DNA of 64,000 nt, taken from positions 94,132 to 158,131 of IMG/VR virus record IMGVR_UViG_3300001528_000378. The stretch is one strand, 5' to 3'. Shown here piece by piece: positions 29,291 to 39,931 of the stretch. A program made the translations under genes and the position numbers. The notes below the pieces were generated by a model. The model had not been told where the DNA came from. It ran no database searches and was given only the letters and a program-made list of their open reading frames with translations. The stretch comes from a virus. Lineage: Duplodnaviria > Caudoviricetes. Every line of letters begins with the position of its first letter. The stretch's first letter is position 1.

Positions 29291-29554
29291 TTATTTTAAC
29301 AGCATTAATACATCTTCTTTTTTAAGAACTATGTAATCTTCACCCTCAATAGTGATTTCTACACCAAGCATAGCAGGCCAAACAACTTTATCACCCTTTT
29401 TAATATCACTTTTAACTTCTTCACTAATTTCAACAACAGTACCAATATAAGGTTTTTTCTTTGCTGTATCTGGAATAATTAATCCATTTACTTCTTTCTG
29501 TTTCTCATCAGTATCTACTTTAACAATTAAAAAATCATTTAATGGTTTCATCAT
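29291..29554 (-). CDS. groES: Co-chaperonin GroES
   Basis: KPLNDFLIVK, GLIIPDTAK, GDKV, EDVL. Confidence 0.92.
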   Translation of the reverse strand: MMKPLNDFLIVKVDTDEKQKEVNGLIIPDTAKKKPYIGTVVEISEEVKSDIKKGDKVVWPAMLGVEITIEGEDYIVLKKEDVLMLLK

Positions 29555-29583
29555 ATCATATACCTTTTCTAGTAAAACTAATA

Positions 29584-32500
29584 TTATTTTTTATCTGCTT
29601 GCTTTAAATCGACAAACTTGCGCCTCTTAAACTCCCAGTCACGACGAACAGGGTTCCAGTCCTCAACTTTTGTAAAAAATCCAATTACACGAGAATAGTG
29701 GTCAAAGGATTTGTTACCACATTTAGGACAAATACTTGCATTTCCAACAACAACATTGTGGCACTCTCTACACTGACTATATACTACATTAATAGCAAAG
29801 TGTTCACAACCACACTCAACTGCATGTAGAATAATATTTTTAGCCTGAGCGGATGTTACCTTACTATTTGCTTGAGCATGAACAATACCACCACCAGACA
29901 ATAATTGGTTATATTTTCCATCTATATCTAACCTTTCATAAATAGTTGCATCATGCCATAACGCACAAAATTGGTTTGCATACAAGGGGTCTAAATTATA
30001 TGGATTACCATAAATTAACTTATCTGCATCAGCCAAACGAACTCCAAAACTTTCAGCAGGGATTTGCTCCACATTAAAAATAATACCATTTTCTTTAGAG
30101 TATTTTCTGCACATCTCATTAAACTTGACTAGAATATCACCCATATAATCAAAGTCATTTTTACCATACTTTTGTAAAATAATTTGCTGTGCTTCAACAA
30201 TACCAAGAACACCAAAAGTGCTAAACATATGACTCATGTTAATCCAACCATTTTTTAAAAATGGTTCTAATCCAATAGCACTTAATTTTTTAATTAATAC
30301 TTTATGTGCCTTTAAAATTTTTGCAGCAGATTCCACACGTTTATCCAATAGTTTCAAGTACTCATCATAATTATTGGTTTCATACGCCAAACGAGTAAAA
30401 TTAATTGTAACAACTCTATGTGATCCAAGAGAAATATTACTACCACCAAAACTATTAACCGAAGCACCCATATCCATTAGTTCTGTGTTATTTATCATCC
30501 GGCAATTATGCGTAATAATACCATTTGCAATTTGGAACAGGTGATTGTCATTTTCTACTGTAAAATCATACACATGCACACCCTTTTTAGTTTTTATATG
30601 TTCAATTTTTTCAATTTGAATACCATAATAGTCACCAAAATCACTTAACACAGTGGATTTAGAAAGAGCACCTCTTCCATTTCTCCAATCCTGTAATGGT
30701 TTTAATTTAAGTTTATCATTGTGCATAATTGAAATAACACAATCATTTCCATTACTACCATTTCTATAACCACATCTAATATTTACAGAGTTTGCAAGAG
30801 CAACCAAATCCATACCTAGTTCTTTATTGGCAATATGGATAGATACATAATCACCCCTCATATTATCACAAGTATGACCATTACCTTCAATAAAACCCTC
30901 TAAAAATCCAATTCTAAAATCATAACTCATATTAAAAATTCTAGAACGTAAACGCTTATCGGTACATAAGTTCCCAACAAAGAAATCTCTCATTGTAGCA
31001 TGAGCCATTCTACTATTGATGGATACTCTTGTTGAATTTGGCCAAATGTCAGAAACTGTGACATTGGTTGTTGCTGCTAATCTATCTTTGGAAAAATTTA
31101 CTACAAAATCTTGTAGTTCTTTTTCTTCAGTATGAAAGGAAAGTGCAATATCAGTATTACGTCTTATATCATACTGACCCTCTGCCCCAAATAACCCTAC
31201 AAAACGTCCAAAATCGCGGTCACCCCCGAGAATACTATCATAGGAAATATTCTTGGATACAGGAAGCATATCCCCAACTTTTAAGTCATTAGCTTGAACT
31301 TCTACCAAAGATCCATTATTTAATACTTTTACAGATGGGTGGTCAAGTGTTGTTGTTATAACTAACCCACTTTTCAGAGTCACTTTATTCAAAGTTCTAT
31401 TTTCATTTAAGATTGAAAATCCATTGGTTATTTTAGTAAAACCATTCGCACCCATAATCTCAATTACTTTATTTTCTTTGGATTTATCCCATATATCAAA
31501 TAACTGTTTTACAGTAATATAACGCACATAACCATCCACCCTTGCGATCACTTTTGTTGTTGAAGTTAAGCAGCAGCTTGCTATTTTCGTACCATAGGAA
31601 GTGAAAATATTATACTTGGAAATATCCTTAGTTAGCATATAGGACAGCAACTCATTATCCTTACTTAACTCATCTTTTCCTGTCTCTTCATTTTTATGCT
31701 TTGAAAAATTTACAGTAACAACAGGAAATCTATAATTAATTCCACCGTTAATTGTATCCCCTTTATCAAAGAAATCTACAAAGATTTTTTGTAATTCAAA
31801 CACATAATCTTTTACAAAATTTTTATAGTCTTCATTTGAAAGTTTATATTCTTCCCCACCCAAATTATTATCTACACGAACCTGAACTTTATTTGGGAAA
31901 AGCCATCCATAGTTTTCATCAGACAAAAATGTATCTAATTTTTCTTTATCAAAAATAGAGATATTTGTAAATGGGCTTTCATTCCCATTACGAGATAAAA
32001 AGTTCACTGAGTGAACAAACTGTTGAAATTCATTCTCAATACGTTTTCTTACTACTTTATCTTCCTTAATAGAGGATAAGGGAATACGCTCTTTGTAAAT
32101 CAATAAGTGAGCACAGTCTGTAAAAAATGAACCAATAGCAACTGCACCAGCCAAATGAGAGGCGAGCTGGTGCACTGTTTCACACAAGGCAGAAATATAA
32201 GAGGATAAACGCTTTGATGGCTTTGAAGGAAGTGTACCAAAATCACGTCCAGTAGTAATTAATTTTGAAGCATCAATAGCATAGCAATATGGGATCAAAA
32301 TATTAGAACTATCTGATAGACCCAATGAGAAGTCATACATCTCTCCACATAACCGTTTTGCTTCGTCTTGGCCATATAATTCTTTCATTGTACGATAAAG
32401 CATATCATACCCAATAATTTTATCTGCTGGTAATTCCAAGTCCTTTAAGACACCCTTGATACTCTTCTCACCCTTATTAGCATTTGCATCAATAGAGATA

Positions 32501-32811
32501 TCATTGATGTTAGAACTCATATATTTTGAAAACCCATTAATAAAATCAAAATTGTCTTCATGTAATCCATGAATTTTGAGTAAACCGTCAACAATAGATT
32601 TTAATTCACCATTTGTTTTACCATATTTTTTCTTTAATGTTTTAACTAATGTTTCTCTGATATTTTTGATAGTTCTGGTTGTACCAGCGTCCGCAAATGT
32701 TTTATCAGTAATCTTATCTAGTTCTGCTTGATACTGCTTATCATCTAAATCTTGAATATATTTATCATTATAATTAACTTTAATAGGCTTTTTTACCAAT
32801 TCATTTTCCAT
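29584..32811 (-). CDS. nrdD: Anaerobic ribonucleoside-triphosphate reductase with intein
   Basis: GAVA, SPFTNISIFD, FPVVT, ASC|CR, EQIPAES, C-terminal CxxC-CxxC and RVIGF glycyl-radical motif. Confidence 0.93.
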   Translation of the reverse strand: MENELVKKPIKVNYNDKYIQDLDDKQYQAELDKITDKTFADAGTTRTIKNIRETLVKTLKKKYGKTNGELKSIVDGLLKIHGLHEDNFDFINGFSKYMSSNINDISIDANANKGEKSIKGVLKDLELPADKIIGYDMLYRTMKELYGQDEAKRLCGEMYDFSLGLSDSSNILIPYCYAIDASKLITTGRDFGTLPSKPSKRLSSYISALCETVHQLASHLAGAVAIGSFFTDCAHLLIYKERIPLSSIKEDKVVRKRIENEFQQFVHSVNFLSRNGNESPFTNISIFDKEKLDTFLSDENYGWLFPNKVQVRVDNNLGGEEYKLSNEDYKNFVKDYVFELQKIFVDFFDKGDTINGGINYRFPVVTVNFSKHKNEETGKDELSKDNELLSYMLTKDISKYNIFTSYGTKIASCCLTSTTKVIARVDGYVRYITVKQLFDIWDKSKENKVIEIMGANGFTKITNGFSILNENRTLNKVTLKSGLVITTTLDHPSVKVLNNGSLVEVQANDLKVGDMLPVSKNISYDSILGGDRDFGRFVGLFGAEGQYDIRRNTDIALSFHTEEKELQDFVVNFSKDRLAATTNVTVSDIWPNSTRVSINSRMAHATMRDFFVGNLCTDKRLRSRIFNMSYDFRIGFLEGFIEGNGHTCDNMRGDYVSIHIANKELGMDLVALANSVNIRCGYRNGSNGNDCVISIMHNDKLKLKPLQDWRNGRGALSKSTVLSDFGDYYGIQIEKIEHIKTKKGVHVYDFTVENDNHLFQIANGIITHNCRMINNTELMDMGASVNSFGGSNISLGSHRVVTINFTRLAYETNNYDEYLKLLDKRVESAAKILKAHKVLIKKLSAIGLEPFLKNGWINMSHMFSTFGVLGIVEAQQIILQKYGKNDFDYMGDILVKFNEMCRKYSKENGIIFNVEQIPAESFGVRLADADKLIYGNPYNLDPLYANQFCALWHDATIYERLDIDGKYNQLLSGGGIVHAQANSKVTSAQAKNIILHAVECGCEHFAINVVYSQCRECHNVVVGNASICPKCGNKSFDHYSRVIGFFTKVEDWNPVRRDWEFKRRKFVDLKQADKK
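30505..31572 (-). mobile_element. 356-aa intein with LAGLIDADG endonuclease in NrdD
   Basis: Starts CLTSTT, TxxH (TLDH), GLFGAEG / GFIEGNG, ends THN|C. Confidence 0.92.
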
Positions 32812-32822
32812 TTCAATTACCT

Positions 32823-33323
32823 CTAAAAATAATAAATCCCATTATGTGAAACTAACTCTAAAAATTCATTATATAACTCTTGATTTGAAGTTGCAAATTG
32901 AATATAGGTATCTGTTTTTTTAGAACCAATAAATTTTGTTTTATCAAAAATACCACACTTGATAAACTTAAATCCACTTAAATTTAATTTTTTTACTTCG
33001 TCTAACAGTGCACCTGTATAGATACATATATCAAACTTACTTCCTAAATTATACAAAATTTTTCTTGTTAAGTCAACATTTTTTTTATAGAGTGGATCTC
33101 CCCCACACAAAACAACTTTGTTTGTTTTAAGACGATTACTATAATTAATTATACCATCAATAACAGCATTCTCGTCTAATGGTGTGTAATCTTTCAATGA
33201 AGTATTCTGACAACCATCACAGTTTCTATCACAACCACTAAAATAGAAAATAGTTGATATACTGCTATTATCTGGGTATTCTAGAAAAGTTGATTCTATG
33301 TTAAGCATCCAATTTCTCCACAA
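32823..33323 (-). CDS. nrdG: Anaerobic RNR activase (radical SAM)
   Basis: CDRNCDGC CxxxCxxC, GGDPL, SNQ; adjacent to nrdD. Confidence 0.88.
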   Translation of the reverse strand: MWRNWMLNIESTFLEYPDNSSISTIFYFSGCDRNCDGCQNTSLKDYTPLDENAVIDGIINYSNRLKTNKVVLCGGDPLYKKNVDLTRKILYNLGSKFDICIYTGALLDEVKKLNLSGFKFIKCGIFDKTKFIGSKKTDTYIQFATSNQELYNEFLELVSHNGIYYF

Positions 33324-33762
33324 TGTTATTGCATGAGTTAACTTTTACATCTAAACCGTCTTCGATGGCTTGAACCTGATTATCAGATATTTTTACACCA
33401 ATTCTAGCCTTTAAGTCTTTTGTTTTGATTAAAAACCAGTTTATTTTATCATCATATTTGTATTTTTTCTTTTTAGGTTTTTTACTAGCTTTGCTAACTT
33501 TACTAGCTAAATTAACATCCGATTCAAGTTTTTTTACATAAAGTCTACACTTCTCAACAAACAAGTCAATATCAGATAATTTTAATGTTTCGAACCCTTT
33601 TTCGTGAAAAAAAGGAAAGCAAGTGCTGTTGAAGGTCAGAGTTATGCTATCATCAGCTCCATAGAGAACATATACACGAGGTTCAATGGTAGAACTCTCA
33701 CGACCCAACAATACCTTTGCTTTCTTTCCAAGTGTTAAAAATTCCTGTATCTTGTCTTGCAT
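33301..33762 (-). CDS. Hypothetical protein
   Basis: First gene of the leftward operon. Confidence 0.55.
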   Translation of the reverse strand: MQDKIQEFLTLGKKAKVLLGRESSTIEPRVYVLYGADDSITLTFNSTCFPFFHEKGFETLKLSDIDLFVEKCRLYVKKLESDVNLASKVSKASKKPKKKKYKYDDKINWFLIKTKDLKARIGVKISDNQVQAIEDGLDVKVNSCNNIVEKLDA

Positions 33763-33789
33763 ATTATACCAAAATGTAAACTAAAAATA

Positions 33790-34600
33790 TTTTCCCTATT
33801 CAAATCGTCTAAGGATATTGTAACATATTTTTAGAAAAATGTCAAGCCCTAATTTTAGGTTCAAAAAGCCAAAATTTAACTAAAAATAAAAAATTATGTA
33901 AAATGTGGTTGGCAACAAATATCAGGAATGCCATTTAAATCGCCAAAATGGTACCTAGCTGCGATTTTTATTTTGTTTTAATACCAACATAGCGGAACGC
34001 ATATAAAATCGCTCTACGGGCCGATTTTTGATACCTAGCAAATTTTTTGTGGGGGAACCCCCCTGGAGGGTGTGTTTAAAACAACTGCCGTTAAGAACAA
34101 TTTGGGTTTTGTAAGATACTTATCCAACTACTCTACCTAGGAAACTACTTTTGCCTTCTAGAAATTATTTGACTCTTAATAGATAATTTGCTATAATATT
34201 TCTAAGAACATCAGGGTTGGCTCTCCGTAGGAGAGACGACTATTTTTACGAAGTAAAAATATTTTCCAATGTCGTTAGTATTCGAGTCGTTGTAGTTGTA
34301 GTTAGTTGCATAAGCTGGTATTAATTAAGGTATTATATAAAATATTATATATATTTATTATTATATTATATATATATATTTATTATATTTTAGTATTTTT
34401 AAAAACATGATGATGTATTTTTTTATAAATAAAAAAATATCTATCTGATATTTTATAAACAGCTATAAAATATCATCTAGATAATATATTAATTATTATT
34501 TTATATATATTATTATTAATTAAAATACAATCATAACCCGCGTGCGCGTGTGCGCGCGTACGATATACCGACGATAAAAATGCAACTTTTGTAAAGGTTA
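33790..34600. other. Strand-switch intergenic region; candidate replication origin / divergent control region
   Basis: Coding strand flips here; near-pure AT tract 34320-34530; alternating purine-pyrimidine tract ~34539-34563. Confidence 0.45.
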
Positions 34601-34611
34601 AACCAAATTAG

Positions 34612-34631
34612 GTTTACACTTTGGTATTATA
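34612..34631 (+). promoter_or_regulatory. Candidate late promoter GTTTACA-N6-TATTATA
   Basis: Same motif at 46383-46402, 51034-51053 and (minus strand) 33762-33781. Confidence 0.6.
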
Positions 34632-34667
34632 CAGATAGGTTTGATTTAGTTTAGGAGATTTTGAGTA

Positions 34668-36995
34668 ATGAAATTATTAAACACATTTTTGAACAAAGTT
34701 AGCAAAAAAGATTTTAATAGCATGATTAAATCCGTAGCTGCTTTGAAACTGTTTGCTAGCGGTATGCAAGATGAGGATATTTTAAGGTCGTTATACGTTT
34801 TGTCTTTTAACGATATTCCAAATAAAGATTTTTCTATCAAAGAAGTCATCACCAGAAGAGCTGACGCAAAGAATAAACTTAACTTGGTTGAAAGGCAGTT
34901 GATTGCCAAAGAAGTTTGCAAAGTGTTAAAAAATGCGTCGGCTTTATTTGATTCTGAACTTGCTAACATTACTAACAATGCTAACAATTTTATTCAACCA
35001 CAAAATCCAGAATTTATTAAATCTGCCAAGTTTGGTTTGCTTGCAAATGTTAATGGAAAGTATCATTTGGTAAATCCCTTAACAAAACGTGTGGCTTCTG
35101 AGTTTATTACAGAAGCATCCGATGAAAGTTATGCAAAACTACACGAGTTAGTTGGTCAATACAGGAAAGAGGATAAAATTTCTTATTTTGATGAATCTGA
35201 TGGTATTATGCTCTTAACAGGTACTCCTGAAGTTATCAATGACTTAGAACACAAAGTAAAAGATATTGGGTACTATTGTGAAGTTGTAAATGAAGAAACT
35301 GGTGTAGATGGCGAGTTACCAAATTATACTTTAAAAGTGTTCATTAACAAAGTTGCTTCAAAAGAAGATGGTGTTGAAAAACAAGCAGACTCAGAAGAAT
35401 TTCTAGAACCAACCCAAGGGCCTGAAATTATATTCGAGGGTAAAAATCTTACAGTAAAATTGGTCATTTCAGGTTTAAGCTATGCTAAGGAAAATGGTAA
35501 CTATTCCGGCGGGTATAACTTCTATAACTCATATGACAAATCAATAGCTGTTCAAAGAATTTATAAAAACAATGACGGATATGCTCTTGGTGGTATTGAA
35601 TTTTTTGACGCAGATCCACGCAAACCTTTACCACAAACATTAGAAGAAAATGAGCCTACATATTCCAAATTTGGAATTTCGGAGGATACATGGGCAGAAG
35701 CATTGCAAGCAGTTCAAAATGATTTTCAGAAACGCTATGAAGATGTAAATCCAACACAGGATTTAAAAGGACTCAATGTAAAGGATACCGACGACACTAA
35801 TCCAAATTTAAAAAAAGATAATCCAAACCTTAAATCAGATAATGAGGTGGATAATAATTTGAAAAAAACTACTTCAAAGACCATATCTTTAAAAGCGTCT
35901 GAATCTTTGAATAAATATGGTGAAGTTATTTATTCTGATGAAGATGGGTACTACATTACTGTTCATACAGAAGATGACGCTAAGAGTGGTCTTCAAGTTT
36001 TTATGTGCTGGTTATTTAAGAAATCAGAAAAATATCCAATGGAAGATATTGTAACTTTTGAGAGTGTATCTGATTCTAATTTTAAAAATAATAAAATTAA
36101 TTTTGCCAATAAACTTAGTGAAGATGATATGTCTAACTTTGGCTTAACTAATGAAAAGTTAAGTCATCTATCAGAAGTAGTAAATAATTATATTTCTGAT
36201 AAAATTGAGGGAAATGGGCCTAAAAATGGTGAAGAACCTCTTACTGACATTGATAAAGAATCCAAGGTTGTTAAGAAAGATGACAAGTATCAAGCACAGT
36301 CTGAAAAGGGTAAAAATTTTGGTACATATGATACAAAAGATGAAGCAGAAAAACGTGTTAAACAAATGGAAATGTTTAAGCATATGGATAAAGATGCTTC
36401 AAAAGAAATTCCAATGTTTGTTGTGGATGCTTCCGAAGTGGAAAATGTAAAAGTTTATGCCAATGATAAGTTAATTGGTACTTGTAAAACTGTTTCTGCC
36501 GCTTTTAATTTAAAAGCAGATGAAGAATTAAAGCAGTTTGATATGAAGCAAGAAAAAGATGGGCAAAAAGAATTTGAAACACAGGATGATTCTTTAAAAG
36601 ACGTTTCTGTTCCAGAAGAAAAAGAGGATACATCAGAAGTAAATGAAGCCATGAGTGCAAAGCCAACACAGAATAAAGGAGATTCCTTCTCTGCTTCTGA
36701 GTTTGGGAATAATTTGGCTTATATCAAACAGAATAATCCAGAAGATTTTGAAAGCATTATGGCAAACCTTAAACAGCTAATGGTTGGCGACCAAAAACCA
36801 ATTTATGATTTTTTGGAATTATGGTCTCAAAATAACTTTCAAAATTTTACAGAAACAACTCGTATGGATCCTACATATAACAGGCACTCTCAATATCAAG
36901 AACAACTAAAAAATAATGTTCTACCAAAAGTAATGGAAATGTCAGAGTATAAAAAAGCAATGGAAGAAAAAGTGTCGGCTGAAAAGGGTGCTTAA
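34668..36995 (+). CDS. Acidic modular putative internal head protein
   Basis: Repeated K/V-x-A(S) motifs; KGKNFGTYDTKDEAEKRVKQME module; head-gene neighbourhood. Confidence 0.55.
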   Translation: MKLLNTFLNKVSKKDFNSMIKSVAALKLFASGMQDEDILRSLYVLSFNDIPNKDFSIKEVITRRADAKNKLNLVERQLIAKEVCKVLKNASALFDSELANITNNANNFIQPQNPEFIKSAKFGLLANVNGKYHLVNPLTKRVASEFITEASDESYAKLHELVGQYRKEDKISYFDESDGIMLLTGTPEVINDLEHKVKDIGYYCEVVNEETGVDGELPNYTLKVFINKVASKEDGVEKQADSEEFLEPTQGPEIIFEGKNLTVKLVISGLSYAKENGNYSGGYNFYNSYDKSIAVQRIYKNNDGYALGGIEFFDADPRKPLPQTLEENEPTYSKFGISEDTWAEALQAVQNDFQKRYEDVNPTQDLKGLNVKDTDDTNPNLKKDNPNLKSDNEVDNNLKKTTSKTISLKASESLNKYGEVIYSDEDGYYITVHTEDDAKSGLQVFMCWLFKKSEKYPMEDIVTFESVSDSNFKNNKINFANKLSEDDMSNFGLTNEKLSHLSEVVNNYISDKIEGNGPKNGEEPLTDIDKESKVVKKDDKYQAQSEKGKNFGTYDTKDEAEKRVKQMEMFKHMDKDASKEIPMFVVDASEVENVKVYANDKLIGTCKTVSAAFNLKADEELKQFDMKQEKDGQKEFETQDDSLKDVSVPEEKEDTSEVNEAMSAKPTQNKGDSFSASEFGNNLAYIKQNNPEDFESIMANLKQLMVGDQKPIYDFLELWSQNNFQNFTETTRMDPTYNRHSQYQEQLKNNVLPKVMEMSEYKKAMEEKVSAEKGA

Positions 36996-37699
36996 TGGAA
37001 GTAATAAAAGTAAAAACGGTAGAAGAATTACCTAGTTCTGTTATTGATGAGATTAGAAGGCTCTATCTTGAAGACGGGATGAGCCCTATTCTCATTATCA
37101 AACAAATAGAGAAGAACTTTGGGTATGCTCTACCTGGATTACATACACTTGTTACTTACTTAAAAAGCATTAAACCAGCATTATCATCAGAACCTGACTT
37201 ATCTGACCCGTCGGATTTTGAAGAACCAACACCAACTACACTTGCTCCATTTACAGGAAAAGCCATATCAGTAGATACTTCATCTGTTAAATCTCAAAAT
37301 GAGACTCTAAAAGAGTTAATGAAAAATAAGATTGAGTTTTTACAGAATAAATCCTTGAGTGAAGAGTTTGATAAAGACACAGAGCAAATTCTACAAAGAT
37401 ATATTTTGGAGTTCACTAAACTTACACAAAATGAAGTAAAAATCAAGGACGATTTTAAAGATACTGATAAAGTTGCTTTAACAGATGTAAAGTTCTATAT
37501 TAATAAAATAATGTCCAGTATGAGGTCATGCTTATCAAAGCATGTTCCAGATAAAGTGGACGAAATTTTTAAGGATTTAAAAATACAATTAGATTATACA
37601 TTAAGGGATATAGTAGACCCTCATGTTTATTCCTCACAGTCTAGTATTGACTATGAGAAAAATTTAGAAAAGGAAAATAATAATGACAAAAAAATTTGA
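36995..37699 (+). CDS. N-terminal HTH protein, candidate terminase small subunit
   Basis: IDEIRRLYLEDGMSPILIIKQI HTH-like segment plus helical body. Confidence 0.35.
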   Translation: MEVIKVKTVEELPSSVIDEIRRLYLEDGMSPILIIKQIEKNFGYALPGLHTLVTYLKSIKPALSSEPDLSDPSDFEEPTPTTLAPFTGKAISVDTSSVKSQNETLKELMKNKIEFLQNKSLSEEFDKDTEQILQRYILEFTKLTQNEVKIKDDFKDTDKVALTDVKFYINKIMSSMRSCLSKHVPDKVDEIFKDLKIQLDYTLRDIVDPHVYSSQSSIDYEKNLEKENNNDKKI

Positions 37700-38924
37700 T
37701 GTTAAGTATCAGTTTACAAAGGTTGCACAGGATATGTACAACTTGTATGATTCCTTTAAAAAAGAGGGGTCTTTTAAAAACACAAAAGAATTGTGTGATT
37801 TTCTTGTAAATACTCGTGGTGGTGCTTCCCTTAACACTGACACCTATGAAATGCTTTCTGGTATGGAAATTGGTGATTCTTTGGGTGTTACAAGCAGTGC
37901 ATTAGAAATTACAAAAACAGCGAAAGTACAAGGTATTGAGCCTTGGAAAATTGCAAATGTGGATGGCCAAGAAGTTTTTGTTTCTGCTTCTACTGGTTGT
38001 GAAGTAGAAGATGACGAAGAAGAAAAACTGCATAAAAAGGCTTCTTTGAATAAAGTAAAACATACATATAAAGTTGCTATTCATACAGGTACTTTGGCAA
38101 AAACTGCTGCTGCTCATGGTATTTTAGAAAATGACGGTTACTGTGATGATCAGTTATATATTAATCCAGGTAATCCAGATACAGTTGTTGTGACAGTTGA
38201 GTCTGATGAAACACCCTCCCAAGTAAAAAATCACTTTTTAAATAAAATGAATAAGGATTTCTTAGGGTTAGATAGTGATGACATTGAGTGTTGCCATGAC
38301 TACTGTAATTGTGGACAACAAATTTTTGATTTTCCAGAAATGAAGGAAAATGAGTTCGTACTCCTTATTCCAAATAACAATCCCATGTTTGGTTCTGAAA
38401 AAGATTTAAAGGAATATGTGGATGCAAATAATTTCCCAAATTTTAAAGTGTGTGCTTCAAATGGTTCTACAGTTTATGATGAGGCCATGAGGGACGCTCT
38501 AAATGAAGCAAATAATATTGAACCACATAAAGATGTTCATGTAGAAGCAAAAACAGTTTTTGAAGATACAAATACAGGTGAAGTGTTTACACCAGAACAG
38601 TTAGAATCTGATGCAAACAAGGCAAATCGTTCATTAAAAATGAAGGACTTAAATGCTTCTATTAAGGATTTGTTTAGCAAAGAAGCAACCGTCGATTTGG
38701 CCTTAGCGGATAAAAACTTGCTAAGAGCTGCTATGCATTATTTTAACTTTGAAAAGGTAGCCTACTTATCAGATGACTCCTTTACCATTAAAGCCGGTGA
38801 TGCAGTTATCACAGTGGATAATGACAAAGCAACAATGCTACCACTTGCCTTGTTTAATGATAGGGCACTTGGGGAAGACTCACAGGTAAAAGAAGAAACT
38901 AAAACAGATTCTATTTTGGGGTAA
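37683..38924 (+). CDS. Putative internal head protein
   Basis: KVA/KTA/KKAS/KEA motifs; acidic. Confidence 0.5.
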   Translation: MTKKFDVKYQFTKVAQDMYNLYDSFKKEGSFKNTKELCDFLVNTRGGASLNTDTYEMLSGMEIGDSLGVTSSALEITKTAKVQGIEPWKIANVDGQEVFVSASTGCEVEDDEEEKLHKKASLNKVKHTYKVAIHTGTLAKTAAAHGILENDGYCDDQLYINPGNPDTVVVTVESDETPSQVKNHFLNKMNKDFLGLDSDDIECCHDYCNCGQQIFDFPEMKENEFVLLIPNNNPMFGSEKDLKEYVDANNFPNFKVCASNGSTVYDEAMRDALNEANNIEPHKDVHVEAKTVFEDTNTGEVFTPEQLESDANKANRSLKMKDLNASIKDLFSKEATVDLALADKNLLRAAMHYFNFEKVAYLSDDSFTIKAGDAVITVDNDKATMLPLALFNDRALGEDSQVKEETKTDSILG

Positions 38925-38929
38925 GTGTT

Positions 38930-39625
38930 ATGCCAACAGGAACAAATTTTGGTGATGCAAATAAATCCAAATCTAATAATGATAAAAAAGTATGGAAGGG
39001 TGTAAAGCAAGACCCAAAAAGTGGTAAATTTATTGTTTATATTACAGAATCTAATGAAAGGGTTTTTCCTACTTTGGATGAAGCAGTAAACCACTTGGTT
39101 GAGGCATCCTACTCTAATTATATTACAAAAGAAGCCGGTTCCCCAGAATATTCAGGTGTAGAGCGTGGACAGAAAAATCTAGATGGTGTAAAACAAGTTC
39201 AGATTACAAGAAAACTTGTTCAGGATTCAACAACAGGTGACTGGAAAGTAAAAGAACGCAGACGGTATGATGTTATCAAACAAAATGCAGGGGATGCCAA
39301 GTCGACTTGGAAAAACATCAATGAGGAAAAGGAAGAAGCAAAAGAAATTGAAAATCCTTTTGATGAATCAAATAAAAGTGTTGAAGATTCAAAAGAAGTA
39401 GAAAAAGAATCTTCTCTTGATAAAGATTTTAAGTTAGAGCCAATATGTAAGTGTTCACATTGTGGTGCATTTATTTTTCCACCTAATATGGATTATTATT
39501 TTGATAGACAAAATCTTGCAGATGCTTATTGTCCTGCCTGTGGGTATGGTTTAGACGAAATGGGAAATACTAGTTGGCAAGATAACACACAGTCGGTTGA
39601 TAATTTGATAAAAGGCTACAAATAA
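38930..39625 (+). CDS. Putative head protein with C-terminal Zn ribbon
   Basis: CSHC...CPAC; VEAS/KEAG motifs. Confidence 0.5.
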   Translation: MPTGTNFGDANKSKSNNDKKVWKGVKQDPKSGKFIVYITESNERVFPTLDEAVNHLVEASYSNYITKEAGSPEYSGVERGQKNLDGVKQVQITRKLVQDSTTGDWKVKERRRYDVIKQNAGDAKSTWKNINEEKEEAKEIENPFDESNKSVEDSKEVEKESSLDKDFKLEPICKCSHCGAFIFPPNMDYYFDRQNLADAYCPACGYGLDEMGNTSWQDNTQSVDNLIKGYK

Positions 39626-39930
39626 TGAATAGAGACTATTTTGAAATTTTAACTATGCTTGCAGGTGGAAATGCAAACAGGATGTATGATTTATTTTTAA
39701 TGTATAAAGGCTATACAAAAAAAGATTATGAGTCTTTTAAAAAGGCTGTACGTTCTGTTTTAATGTATGGTTTAATTGAAAAAGTAGATAATCATTACCC
39801 CTTGTTTTTTGGTGATACAAGAGTTAAACTAACTAATAAGGGTTTTGACGCTCTTGATTTCTATGAGATAAAATTTTACAAGGGAACATCAGAAGCTAAG
39901 TTTATTGATTCCGAGTTTTTAGGTATTTGA
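39625..39930 (+). CDS. Winged-helix-like protein
   Basis: GLIEKV...VKLTNKG. Confidence 0.45.
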   Translation: MNRDYFEILTMLAGGNANRMYDLFLMYKGYTKKDYESFKKAVRSVLMYGLIEKVDNHYPLFFGDTRVKLTNKGFDALDFYEIKFYKGTSEAKFIDSEFLGI

Positions 39931-39931
39931 T

